Shown: positions 55,036 through 62,811, numbered from the stretch's first letter. The stretch is DNA of 64,000 nucleotides from an uncultured delta proteobacterium (GCA_963828255.1 CAWHDZ010000030.1:18674-82673); one strand, 5' to 3'. Program-made: numbers and translations. The notes: generated by a model from the sequence alone, not told the origin.

Positions 55036-55416
55036 TCAGGCGAGTCGCAGCGGGAGGTGCCGCGCCATCCGTGCGAAGACGCCGTCCTCGGTGAGCAGCG
55101 CCCCGCCGAGGTCGAGCGTGCACTGCGCCACGTGGGCGTCGGGCGTGGAGACCGACAGTCCCTTCACCGCCAGTGATCTCCGCAGCCGTCCGACCCGGAA
55201 CCAGTGGTCCCGGTCGGCCGCGCAGAGGGGAAGATCGGAGAGGAGCTCCTCCAGCGCGCGGCGCTGGCGCGGGACCAGCCTGCCGGAGAGCAGCTCCGCG
55301 GCGACGACCGGCGGGAGGTGCGCGCGCCCCTCCCCGAGCGCCTCCTCCAGGAGGTCTCCCTCGCCTCGCCCGAGGTAGGTGACCCAGCTCGAGGTGTCAA
55401 CGACGAGCGCGCTCAC
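55036..55416 (-). CDS. vapC: PIN-domain toxin VapC
   Basis: MSALVVDTSSWV with acidic residues spaced as in PIN domains (D7, E41, D98, E109-D110). 126 aa. It overlaps the antitoxin gene by 20 nt. Confidence 0.82.
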   Translation of the reverse strand: MSALVVDTSSWVTYLGRGEGDLLEEALGEGRAHLPPVVAAELLSGRLVPRQRRALEELLSDLPLCAADRDHWFRVGRLRRSLAVKGLSVSTPDAHVAQCTLDLGGALLTEDGVFARMARHLPLRLA

Positions 55417-55621
55417 GCGAGACCTCCAGATCGAGATCGAGCCTGAGCTTGCCGCGAAGCGCCCGCGCCCTCTTCGCGGCGGCCGAGCGGCGGACCATCT
55501 CCAGCCCGATCGTGAGGGTCTCGGTGATCCCCTCGCCGGTGACCGAGCAAGCCTTGCGGAGGAGATCGGAATCGAGGTTCGCGGTGATCCGGCGCGTGCC
55601 GGGCGGGGAGGCGATGGCCAT
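55397..55621 (-). CDS. vapB: VapB-type (DUF2191-like) antitoxin
   Basis: RITANLDSDLLRKACSVTGEGITETLTIGLEMV resembles the MRTTLDIDDDLL...TKKE family. Start is ATG 55621, or 55633 as tracked. Confidence 0.68.
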   Translation of the reverse strand: MAIASPPGTRRITANLDSDLLRKACSVTGEGITETLTIGLEMVRRSAAAKRARALRGKLRLDLDLEVSRERARR

Positions 55622-55679
55622 ATGTGCGTTCATACCGAAATATGAATGCAGGCGCCATGCCCAGCGGGCCCAGAAAATC

Positions 55680-55723
55680 GAAGCCGGCGGCCCGGGATTC
55701 AGGGGTCCCGGACGGCCGGCTTC
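55680..55723 (-). terminator. long GC hairpin after small-protein gene 1
   Basis: GAAGCCGGC...GCCGGCTTC outer stem with inner CCCGGGA/TCCCGG pairing. On the minus strand it is followed by GAUUUUCU. It lies between the small gene and the vapBC upstream region. Confidence 0.5.
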
Positions 55724-55760
55724 TTTCGCCCCGTGACCGGGGCCACTGCCTCCCAGGGAT

Positions 55761-55955
55761 CTACCCGTGGTTGACGGCCGCGGAAGCCGCCGAGGCCACC
55801 GGCCGGTCCAGGGAGGCGGTGCGGTGAGACGTCGAGATCTGGACGACGAAGGCGCCGAGGACGAGGGCGAGGAAGCTGACCACGAAGAGGTCCTTCCAGC
55901 CGCGTCCCTTGCCGAGCTTGCCGAAGTGGATCGTGTTCTGGATCTGGGTCGTCAT
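55761..55955 (-). CDS. small single-pass membrane protein, paralogue 1 (64 aa)
   Basis: MTTQIQNTIHFGKLGKGRGWKDLFVVSFLALVLGAFVVQISTSHRTASLDRPVASAASAAVNHG. ATG preceded by GGAGAG. About half of its residues match paralogue 2. Confidence 0.6.
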   Translation of the reverse strand: MTTQIQNTIHFGKLGKGRGWKDLFVVSFLALVLGAFVVQISTSHRTASLDRPVASAASAAVNHG

Positions 55956-56090
55956 GGCGCTCTCCGTTCCGCGTCTGGGTCCTGCACTCCGTACGCAGTC
56001 CTGGAGGCGCGATTTCGGAACATGTGACGGCCGAAGGGTGGAACCTGGCGTGATCCGGAAAAAGACGAGGCACTGCGGCATGTTGGCCGG

Positions 56091-56285
56091 GTGAACCCCG
56101 GCTTCAAAGATCTGCTCGCCGCGTCGAACGCCGAGGGAGCCGAGGTCCTCCTCGTCGGGGGCCATTCACTCGCCGTGCATGCCACGCCGCGCTTCACCTC
56201 CCGACCCGGCACGAAAACGGCCACCCCGGCGGGTGCCGAGGTGGCCTCATCGCCCCCCGTGGGGCTACCCACCGGAGATCGCTAG
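56091..56285 (+). pseudogene. decayed fragment of a small nucleotidyltransferase-fold gene
   Basis: MNPGFKDLLAASNAEGAEVLLVGGHSLAVHATPRFT matches the N-terminus of a common family (F..LL..LN...V.YLVVGG.A...HG.PR.T.DLD.W). The DLDLW segment is missing. PTRHEN (compare PTPEN) appears in another frame. Confidence 0.4.
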
Positions 56286-57121
56286 CCGTTCGTGGAGACG
56301 GTCGCGGAAACCGCCGCCATCGGCAGCGAGCCGGAGGAGTGCTTCGGAGTCGAGGAGATCTGGGCGACGAAGGCGCCGAGGACGATGGCGAGGGAGGCGA
56401 CCACGAAGAGGTCGTTCCAGCCGTGGGACTTCGAGACGTTGAAGCGAATCGAGTTCTGGTTCCGGGTCGTCATGGCGTTCTCCGTTCCGCGTCGGGGGTT
56501 CGAAAGCCTCTTGTGTGAATGGAGGCAGTGGCCAGGGAAGTGTGACCGGAATCGGGAAAGCATAGTCGTTACAGGCGTTTATAGGCTTCCCCGCGCCCCG
56601 CTCCGCCATCGACTCGGAGGCGTGGGGTACTCCACGGGTGAAGAGGTCCATGTGCGCGTCGCCGTAGACCTGGCGGGCGGCCTCCCTGTTGTGGACGTCG
56701 CAGAGGACCCTGCAGTTCTCCACCGTGGAGGGCCCACCCTTCCCGCGAGGGACCACGTGGTCGATCTCCGTCCGCACCTCCGATCCGCAGACCCCACCCG
56801 AATCGATCTTCCACTGGCACTTGCCCTCGTCCCGTTTGCGCACCTCCCGCTTCACCTTGGGTGGAACGCTGGCCCGCCGCTTCTCCTGCTGGGCGAGCAG
56901 GAGGTCCAGCGCCGCCTCCAGCACCTGCTCGTCCTCCGCGCCGGGCTGCACGCGCGACTGCCCGGCCCTGGCCTTCCGGAGCTTCCCGACGAACACCCTC
57001 GACACCGTGAGGTGGAGCCGGCTCATCGTGGAGGTGAGCGGCTCGACCACGGTCCTCGCCGGTTCCCGCGCGGGTATTGGCGCAGGCGCCGGCGCAGTCG
57101 CCGAAAGTTCACCCGGATCTC
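56265..57121 (-). pseudogene. HNH endonuclease gene, 5'-truncated at the IS boundary
   Basis: Open frame from the IS edge: DPGELSATAPAPAPIPAREPARTVVEPLTSTMSRLHLTV…EKRRASVPPKVKREVRKRDEGKCQW…EIDHVVPRGKGGPSTVENCRVLCDVHN (HNH motif). The N-terminal third is missing. The frame runs on to 56265 across small-protein gene 2, so the true C-terminus is unclear. Confidence 0.7.
56282..56473 (-). CDS. small single-pass membrane protein, paralogue 2 (63 aa)
   Basis: MTTRNQNSIRFNVSKSHGWNDLFVVASLAIVLGAFVAQISSTPKHSSGSLPMAAVSATVSTNG. Same leader as paralogue 1 (GACGCGGAACGGAGA.CGCC-ATGACGACC). Confidence 0.6.
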   Translation of the reverse strand: MTTRNQNSIRFNVSKSHGWNDLFVVASLAIVLGAFVAQISSTPKHSSGSLPMAAVSATVSTNG

Positions 57122-58597
57122 ATCATTGATCACATCTCTCGCGCGCCTGCCAGCCGAGCTGAATCAGGAGAAGCGCGTCGTAGCCACGTCCGAGTACGAG
57201 CCACCCAGGGGGGCCGTTGTTCTTGATGTGGCCGCCAAGGGCGGCGACGGCGAGGAGCACGTCTTTCGCCGTCGCCTTGCGCGGGACCTGGAGTCGCGGC
57301 AATCCGTCTGGGTGCGCTTCGGAAAGCGCTTGGAGCAATCGGACCTGCTGCGGGCTGACGGCGTGAGTCGCAGGCGCATCCGGCGCCAGGTTCGCGACGG
57401 TGCGCAGAACGAGCAGTCGCCAGGCAATCACGGAGAACATCGCGAGCGCGTTTACGAGCGTCCGCAGCGATTCCAGTTGGCGCTTCTCCAGGGAGCACCC
57501 GGTCTTCAGCGCCTTGAAGAACTCTTCGATGCGCCACCGCGCCCTGTAGGCGTCAACGACTGCCTCGACCTGTTCCGGCGTGCCGATTGGTTCCGTCGTG
57601 AGAAGACGCCAGCAGACAGGCTCCTGCCCGGTGGGTGGATCGGGCTCGACGACCGTGACGACGTTTACGCTGAGCGACTCCGGATACCCGGTCTTGAACC
57701 GGGGTCGGGTCGGACGTGGAAGCGTGAATGTGGCCGCCCGCAGTTCGAGGCGCGCCGTCCTCTCGCACCTGGGCGGAAACTGCATCCTTGCGGCGCCCGA
57801 CTTGTGCCGAGGTCGACGGGATATCGGGACGCATCGAACGGCGTGGACGGGCGCACGTTCGGCCGCCGCAAATAGCTTCTCTGGAGGCTCCGCCAGATTC
57901 TTGTCGCGGCCGAGTCGCACGACGAACCGGGTGTTCGCGGCGATCAGCCGAGCAAACAGCGTGAATGAATCCGCCTCGCGATCCATGACGTGGATCGCGC
58001 AAGGAAACGCAGCGGCGGTCACTCGCACCAGGTCCACCCACTTCCTCGACTCACTCAAGTCAGGATTCACATCGCGTTCTCGCGCTGAGATTGTCGAGCG
58101 CTTCTCCCAGCTGCGGACGAACGTCTTGATGCCAGCGACACCGAGGGGCGTCCGCGACTCGTCGCCCGAAATAGCCAGGGCAAAGTGACCAAAGAAACCC
58201 TGCTGCGTGTACGAGGTGCCGACGCGCCCCAACCCCCGGCGACTCGCCTTGCCCGTGAATGCGAACTGGGTCGTGTCGTGCGCGATGACGACAGCGGAAC
58301 CCTGAGCGCGCTTCAGCGTCTCGGCCACGTGCGGCGCAAGGATTCGGGCCGGAGTCACGCGCTCGTTGCGCAGAAACCGATACACGCCCTCGAGTTCGGC
58401 ATCCGACTTGACCATCGCCGGGAACCCAGCGCCCGGCGCACGCGCCGCAAAATCGGCGATCCGGGTCAGCCGTCGTGTGAGCCGCTCGTCACCGAACTCC
58501 GCGTCGGAGAACTCTGCCGAGGCTTCGGGAACTCGCGGTCGCGTCATCCAACCCTTTGATCACAGGCGGATCGCTGCCGCAAGATGTGTAGGATCCT
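57122..58597 (-). mobile_element. IS4-family (Tn5/IS50-like) insertion sequence, approximately 1.48 kb
   Basis: A single transposase ORF fills the element. Imperfect terminal inverted repeats: ATCATTGATCACATCTCTCG at the left end versus the reverse complement AGGATCCTACACATCTTGCG at the right end (shared CACATCT core at the same offset). Spot counts give lower GC (53-70% per 60-nt line) than the surrounding DNA. Confidence 0.8.
57123..58547 (-). CDS. IS4-family DDE transposase (Tn5-type N-terminal DNA-binding domain)
   Basis: MTRPRVPEASAEFSDAEFGDERLTRRLTRIADFAA…LEGVYRFLRNERV resembles the Tn5 transposase N-terminus. AHDTTQFAF, HVMDREADS and YRARWRIEEFFKALKTGC supply D, D and E/YREK-like regions. 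474 aa. Confidence 0.9.
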   Translation of the reverse strand: MTRPRVPEASAEFSDAEFGDERLTRRLTRIADFAARAPGAGFPAMVKSDAELEGVYRFLRNERVTPARILAPHVAETLKRAQGSAVVIAHDTTQFAFTGKASRRGLGRVGTSYTQQGFFGHFALAISGDESRTPLGVAGIKTFVRSWEKRSTISARERDVNPDLSESRKWVDLVRVTAAAFPCAIHVMDREADSFTLFARLIAANTRFVVRLGRDKNLAEPPEKLFAAAERAPVHAVRCVPISRRPRHKSGAARMQFPPRCERTARLELRAATFTLPRPTRPRFKTGYPESLSVNVVTVVEPDPPTGQEPVCWRLLTTEPIGTPEQVEAVVDAYRARWRIEEFFKALKTGCSLEKRQLESLRTLVNALAMFSVIAWRLLVLRTVANLAPDAPATHAVSPQQVRLLQALSEAHPDGLPRLQVPRKATAKDVLLAVAALGGHIKNNGPPGWLVLGRGYDALLLIQLGWQARERCDQ

Positions 58598-58851
58598 GAG
58601 ATCCGGGTGAACTTTTGGCGGCTCCCCCGGAACCCGCGCGGGAACCGGCGAGGACCGTCGTCGAGCCGCTCACCTCCACGATGAGCCGGCTCCACCTCAC
58701 CGTGTCGAGGGTGTTCGTCGGGAAGCTCAGGAAGGCCAGGGCCGGCCAGTCGCACGTGCAGCCCGGCGCGGAGGACGAGCAGGTGCTGGAGGCGGCGCTG
58801 GATCTCTTGCTCGCCCAGCAAGAGAAGCGCCGGGCCGCCACCTTCCGGTAG
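58598..58851 (+). pseudogene. inverted, diverged duplicate of the HNH gene middle segment
   Basis: The plus strand reads DPGELLAAPPEPAREPARTVVEPLTSTMSRLHLTVSRVFVGKLRKARAGQSHVQPGAEDEQVLEAALDLLLAQQEKRRA. It starts at the same codon as the left copy (56871-57121, minus strand) but in the opposite orientation. Confidence 0.8.
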
Positions 58852-59051
58852 TGGGCCGCACCGCGGGAGATGTGAAGCTCCCGGAGCAAGTAGTCGAAGA
58901 GGTTGGCGAAGCCGAGCCTCCGGTATGCCCCCATCCGGTCGAACGCGGAGAGGGCGACGAGGAAGTCTGCGAGGGCGACGTGCTCGCGGCGGAGAAGGTC
59001 GGCGAGACGGCGGGAGGATTCGCGGGCCTGTACGAGGTTCGTGTCGTTCAT
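58824..59051 (-). pseudogene. N-terminal fragment of the HNH endonuclease gene
   Basis: MNDTNLVQARESSRRLADLLRREHVALADFLVALSAFDRMGAYRRLGFANLFDYLLRELHISRGAAHYRKVAARRF matches the usual N-terminal region of this HNH family (…LSE.AAY.RI.AARAARRFP). Beyond RRF the frame reads the reverse complement of the inverted segment. Confidence 0.7.
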
Positions 59052-59371
59052 GAATCCACCATCTCACAAGAAATTTCGGCCTCGCCAAACGAGCGAGGAT
59101 GCCCAGGCGAGCGAGATCCCGCGCGGAGATCTTCGAACCCCGCCGGGAGCGCCGCGCGTCGCCGGAAGGCGCAAAGCGGCCGCCACAGGCTCCTTCCCTG
59201 CGCGACGAGTTCGCCGAGGCGCGAATCACTCCGGAGGCTGTCAAGCAACTGACAGTGAACGCCCCATCTGCCCGATGGTCCGCGCCGCGGACGTTGCCGC
59301 GACAGGGCCGACCCCCCCCACCCCCCGAAGTGCGCCGGATCCGGATCCTGTGCGACAATCGGGCCCCCCGA

Positions 59372-60094
59372 ATGGACCCCATCCCCGTCCAGGAACGCCC
59401 CAAGTCCCGCCCCCGGATCTCGGCGGTCGTTCCCATGTTCAACGAGGGGAGGAACGCCACCACCCTCCTGCGCACGCTGCACGACCAGCTCGCCGCGCTC
59501 GCCGACGCCTTCGAGATCGTGGTGGTGAACGACGGCAGCAAGGACGACACCCGCGAGCGGGTGCTCGAGATCTCCCGGGACTGCGCCGTCCACTACGTCG
59601 AGCTCTCCCGCAACTTCGGCAAGGAGAACGCGCTGCGGCGCCTCCCCGAGCGGGCCCGCTTCATGAAGGGGCTCTACGCCTGGGTTGGCTTCCGCTCCGT
59701 CCCCATCGAATACGAACCGGGCCCTCGCGCGGGCGGGCGCAGCGCCTTCGGCTTCGGCAACCTCCTGCGTCTGGCGGGGGCCGGCCTCACCTCCTTCTCG
59801 ACCCTGCCGCTCCGCGCCGTCTCGGTGGTGGGGGCGCTCGTCTCCGTGGTGGCCCTCGGCTACGGCGCCTGGGTCGTCGTGGAGGAGATGGTCTACGGCG
59901 CCCGGGTCCCGGGCTATCCGACCATCGTGGTCTCCATCATGTTCTTCTCCGGTGTCCGGCTCCTCTCCCTCGGGATCATCGGGGAGTACCTGGGGCGGGT
60001 CTTCGAGGAGGCCAAGCGCCGCCCCAACTTCCTCGTCGCCGAGGAGGTGGACCACGGCCGGCTGCCGCCGGGCGAGGGGCGAAGCGCCGGATGA
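59372..60094 (+). CDS. GT2 polyprenyl-phosphate glycosyltransferase (ArnC/FlmF-like) lacking the catalytic core
   Basis: ISAVVPMFNE…EIVVVNDGSKDDT…LSRNFGKENAL is joined directly to RRLPERARFMKGLYAWVGFRSV…SFSTLPLR…GIIGEYLGRVFEE. The approximately 95 aa that normally carry the DAD/DxD motif between these blocks are absent, in frame. 240 aa versus about 320 expected. Confidence 0.7.
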   Translation: MDPIPVQERPKSRPRISAVVPMFNEGRNATTLLRTLHDQLAALADAFEIVVVNDGSKDDTRERVLEISRDCAVHYVELSRNFGKENALRRLPERARFMKGLYAWVGFRSVPIEYEPGPRAGGRSAFGFGNLLRLAGAGLTSFSTLPLRAVSVVGALVSVVALGYGAWVVVEEMVYGARVPGYPTIVVSIMFFSGVRLLSLGIIGEYLGRVFEEAKRRPNFLVAEEVDHGRLPPGEGRSAG

Positions 60095-60888
60095 GCCCGT
60101 CCCCCGGACCGGCGCGGCGCGGGGTGGTCCTCTGCGCCGACGACTTCGGCATGGAACTCTCGGTGAACGAGGGGATCCTCCGCCTCGTCGCCGCCGGCCG
60201 GCTCACCGCGGTGACCTGCATGGTGGACATGCCTGCCTGGGCCGAGGGAGCCCGCGCGCTCCCCGCGCTGCGCGGCCGTGCCGACGCCGGGCTCCACCTC
60301 GACCTGGGCACCCGCTCGGCGGCCGGGCTCCTGGCGCTGGCCGCACGCGGCGCGCTCGGCCTGGTGGACGAGGCCAGGGTGGCCGATCGGGTGGCCGCCC
60401 AGCTCGACCGGTTCGAGGCGTCCACGGGCGCACCTCCCGCCTTCGTGGACGGCCACCACCACGTCCACCAGCTGCGCCCGGTCCGGAACGCGCTCCTGCG
60501 CGTGCTCCGCGACCGGTACGGCGACCATCCCCCCTACGTCCGGAGCGTGGTGCCGCTCCGTCCGCGCGGGACCAAGGCCGCCATCGTCGCCGGGCTGGGG
60601 GCGCGCCCGCTGCTCCGGAGGCTCGAGGAAGGGGGCTTCCCCCACAACCCGGACTTCGCCGGCGTCTACGACCTCTCGGCCCGCTCCGACTTTCCCGGCC
60701 TGCTGCGCGGCTGGCTCGGAGACCTGGCGGACGGCGGACTCGTCATGTGCCACCCCGGGCTCCCCGGCGAGGGCCCGGTGGCTGCCGCCCGCGGCGCCGA
60801 GATGCGCCACCTCGAGTCGGAGCGATTCGCCGACGACTGCGCGGCCGCCGGCGTCCAGCTCGTCCGGCCCACCGGGTCGGCCCCGTGA
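60091..60888 (+). CDS. YdjC/ChbG-family (NaxD-like) carbohydrate deacetylase
   Basis: The ATG overlaps the GT2 TGA. VLCADDFGMELSVNEGI, GLHLDL and FVDGHHHVHQL are YdjC-family motifs. Confidence 0.8.
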   Translation: MSPSPGPARRGVVLCADDFGMELSVNEGILRLVAAGRLTAVTCMVDMPAWAEGARALPALRGRADAGLHLDLGTRSAAGLLALAARGALGLVDEARVADRVAAQLDRFEASTGAPPAFVDGHHHVHQLRPVRNALLRVLRDRYGDHPPYVRSVVPLRPRGTKAAIVAGLGARPLLRRLEEGGFPHNPDFAGVYDLSARSDFPGLLRGWLGDLADGGLVMCHPGLPGEGPVAAARGAEMRHLESERFADDCAAAGVQLVRPTGSAP

Positions 60889-61112
60889 CCCGGCCGCGCC
60901 CCCGCCTCGCCGACTCTGGTACTTCTCGCAGCCGCGGACGCCGGCTCACCGGGCGCTGCTCTGGTTCGCCTTCCTCTTCGTCTCGGTGACCTACTCCGAC
61001 CTCGTGCCGCGCGGCTTCCGGGACCGGTACATCAACCCGTACGCGCTGAAGGCGCCGCCGGTCGTGGTGATCGGGTGCGTCGCCGTGGCCGAGCTGACGC
61101 TCCGTCGGGGGC

Positions 61113-62261
61113 GTGCCGGGGATCCACCGGGCCAATCCGCGGTACGGTGAGGTCGTGCAGCCCCCGGTCTTTCGCGTGCAGGACGGTTCGGTCCGGATCT
61201 ACCGGATCCTCGACGTCGCCGACGGGATCGACCTGGCCCGGGCCGAGGCGCTGGCCTCGGCGCCCAAGTCCCGCGCACGGCTGGCCAGTCCCCGCAGCGC
61301 CATCGAGATCGCCCAGCCACCGCTGCGGCTCGGCCTCTCCGCGCGCGAGGTGCGCGTCGCCGGGCAGTCCAGGCGTGCGGAGGTGCAGGTCAGCCTCTTC
61401 GACTACGGCGTCGCCAGCTTCCTCTTCGAGATCCCCATCGTCCCCGGCACCACGCTCGAGGAGCTCCTGCCGCTCGCCGAGGCGCTCCTGGAGCGCCCCG
61501 CGCCGGAGCTGGACGAGGTGGCACGGGCGCTCGCCGCCGAGATGACCGTCGCGCTGGCGCCCGCGCTGCTCCGCCCCCACATGTGGGAAGGCATCGAGAC
61601 CTACGCGGTCTTCTTCGTGCGCGCCTTCGACCGGAGCGTCACTGGCGACGAGCTGCTCGAGCACGCCCCGCTGGCCCGGCTGCTCCTCGGCGAGACCGAC
61701 CCGGTGCCGCTCTCGGCCGGGGAGCGGTCCGACGTGCTCAAGAACCGCTTCTCCTACCTCGAGACCGATCTCGCCGTGGTGGACTGGAACAGCGCCTTCG
61801 TCCACGAGCCCAGCGGATCCACCGACGTCCCCGACCTGCTCGAGCTCGCCACCGCACAGCTCCTCGAGCTGCGCTACTACGACGCCTACCTCGACCGCGA
61901 GCTGGCCGGCATCCGCGGCGAGGTGGAGCGCGCCGGCGCCGGCGGGATGTTCACCCGCCGTTACAGCCGCCTGATGCGCCGGACCGCCGCGCTGCTGGTG
62001 GACATGTCGGAGATGGTGGACCGGGTGGAGAACGCGGTGAAGATCGTGGGCGACTTCTACCTGGCGCGGCTCTACCAGGCCGCGCTGGGGCGCTTCCGCC
62101 TTCCCGCCTGGCAGGAGTCGGTCCTGCGCAAGCACCGGATGCTGTCGGAGGTGAACCGGATCCTCTCCGACGGCGCCGACACCCGCCGCGCCGAGCTGCT
62201 CGAGAGCACCATCATCGTCCTCATCGCCTGGGAGATCCTGTGGGCGTTCTGGAGGCCCTGA
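61113..62261 (+). CDS. DUF155 / RMD1-family protein
   Basis: IYRILDVADGIDL…VSLFDYGVASFLFEIP… plus a C-terminal TM (IIVLIAWEILWAFW) fits DUF155 as I remember it. The start is uncertain (GTG 61113 or GTG 61155). Confidence 0.6.
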   Translation: MPGIHRANPRYGEVVQPPVFRVQDGSVRIYRILDVADGIDLARAEALASAPKSRARLASPRSAIEIAQPPLRLGLSAREVRVAGQSRRAEVQVSLFDYGVASFLFEIPIVPGTTLEELLPLAEALLERPAPELDEVARALAAEMTVALAPALLRPHMWEGIETYAVFFVRAFDRSVTGDELLEHAPLARLLLGETDPVPLSAGERSDVLKNRFSYLETDLAVVDWNSAFVHEPSGSTDVPDLLELATAQLLELRYYDAYLDRELAGIRGEVERAGAGGMFTRRYSRLMRRTAALLVDMSEMVDRVENAVKIVGDFYLARLYQAALGRFRLPAWQESVLRKHRMLSEVNRILSDGADTRRAELLESTIIVLIAWEILWAFWRP

Positions 62262-62263
62262 CG

Positions 62264-62304
62264 GCCTCCTGACCCCCTGAAAGGGCCGTTCCTGAGGCTT
62301 TTTT
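62264..62304 (+). terminator. possible terminator after the DUF155 gene
   Basis: GCCTC…GAGGC outer stem with an inner CCCT-GAA-AGGG, followed by TTTTTT. The stem is interrupted by bulges. Confidence 0.35.
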
Positions 62305-62368
62305 GATCTTCTCGCAGGGTGTATCGACGGATCAGCCCCATTTTAACGGCAAATCGCGCAGTCGGTAG

Positions 62369-62397
62369 TTGACTCGGGGATCCGAAAGCGATATCCG
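62369..62397 (+). promoter_or_regulatory. possible sigma-70-type promoter for the HU gene
   Basis: TTGACT-N17-TATCCG about 70 nt upstream of the HU ATG. Pattern match only. Confidence 0.3.
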
Positions 62398-62467
62398 GAA
62401 CCCACGTTTCGCCGGCCCGGCGCGGTTTTGCGGCGGTTTCCCGGCGGTGCCCCAAGGAGGGTCCCAC

Positions 62468-62758
62468 ATGAGCATGACGCAGGCTCAGTTCTTCACCGCC
62501 GTCGCCGAGAAGGCCGGTATCTCGAAGGCCCAGGCCAAGGCAGTGTTCACCGCTGTCGAGGAAGTCGTCATGAAGAGCCTCAAGTCCGCCGGCAAGATTC
62601 CGCTGGGTGGGCTCGGGGCCGTCAAGCTCCAGGCGCGCAAGGCGCGCATGGGCCGCAACCCGGCGACGGGCGAGGCCATCAAGATCGCCGCCAAGACGGT
62701 CGTCAAGATCGCCCCGGCGAAGGGTCTGAAGGACGCCTTCAACAAGAAGAGCAAGTAG
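62468..62758 (+). CDS. hup: HU-family DNA-binding protein
   Basis: ATG at 62468 preceded by AAGGAGG. MSMTQAQFFTAVAEKAGISKAQAKAVF…RMGRNPATGEAIKIAAKTVVKIAPAKGLKDAF is the canonical HU/IHF fold sequence. Confidence 0.93.
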   Translation: MSMTQAQFFTAVAEKAGISKAQAKAVFTAVEEVVMKSLKSAGKIPLGGLGAVKLQARKARMGRNPATGEAIKIAAKTVVKIAPAKGLKDAFNKKSK

Positions 62759-62778
62759 CCGTCGCCGACGCAGGATCC

Positions 62779-62811
62779 GAGGGCCTGCCGGATGCGATCC
62801 GGCGGGCCCTC
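62779..62811 (+). terminator. 14-bp hairpin after the HU gene
   Basis: GAGGGCCTGCCGGA-TGCGA-TCCGGCGGGCCCTC (one G.U pair) lies 21 nt after the TAG. The downstream tract GCGCATTTCC is only weakly U-rich. Confidence 0.5.

Noticed and set aside
56265-56560. The C-terminal roughly 100 aa of the tracked HNH ORF (…PINACNDYAFPIPVTLPWPLPPFTQ…RLAISGG) taken as real protein.
   Set aside because: It runs across small-protein gene 2 and its conserved leader in another frame. The paralogous leader of gene 1 gives a similar junk translation (ORF 55699-56073). It is probably read-through caused by the lack of a stop codon in GC-rich DNA.
60885-61150. ORF fragments after the YdjC gene: VTRPRPRLADSG… ending at 60989, and …LWYFSQPRTPAHRALLWFAFLFVSVTYSDL… ending at 61150.
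   Set aside because: The hydrophobic frame has no usable start codon, and the other frame is Arg/Ser/Pro junk. I treat them as a possible gene remnant, mentioned under the GT2 finding, not as a CDS.
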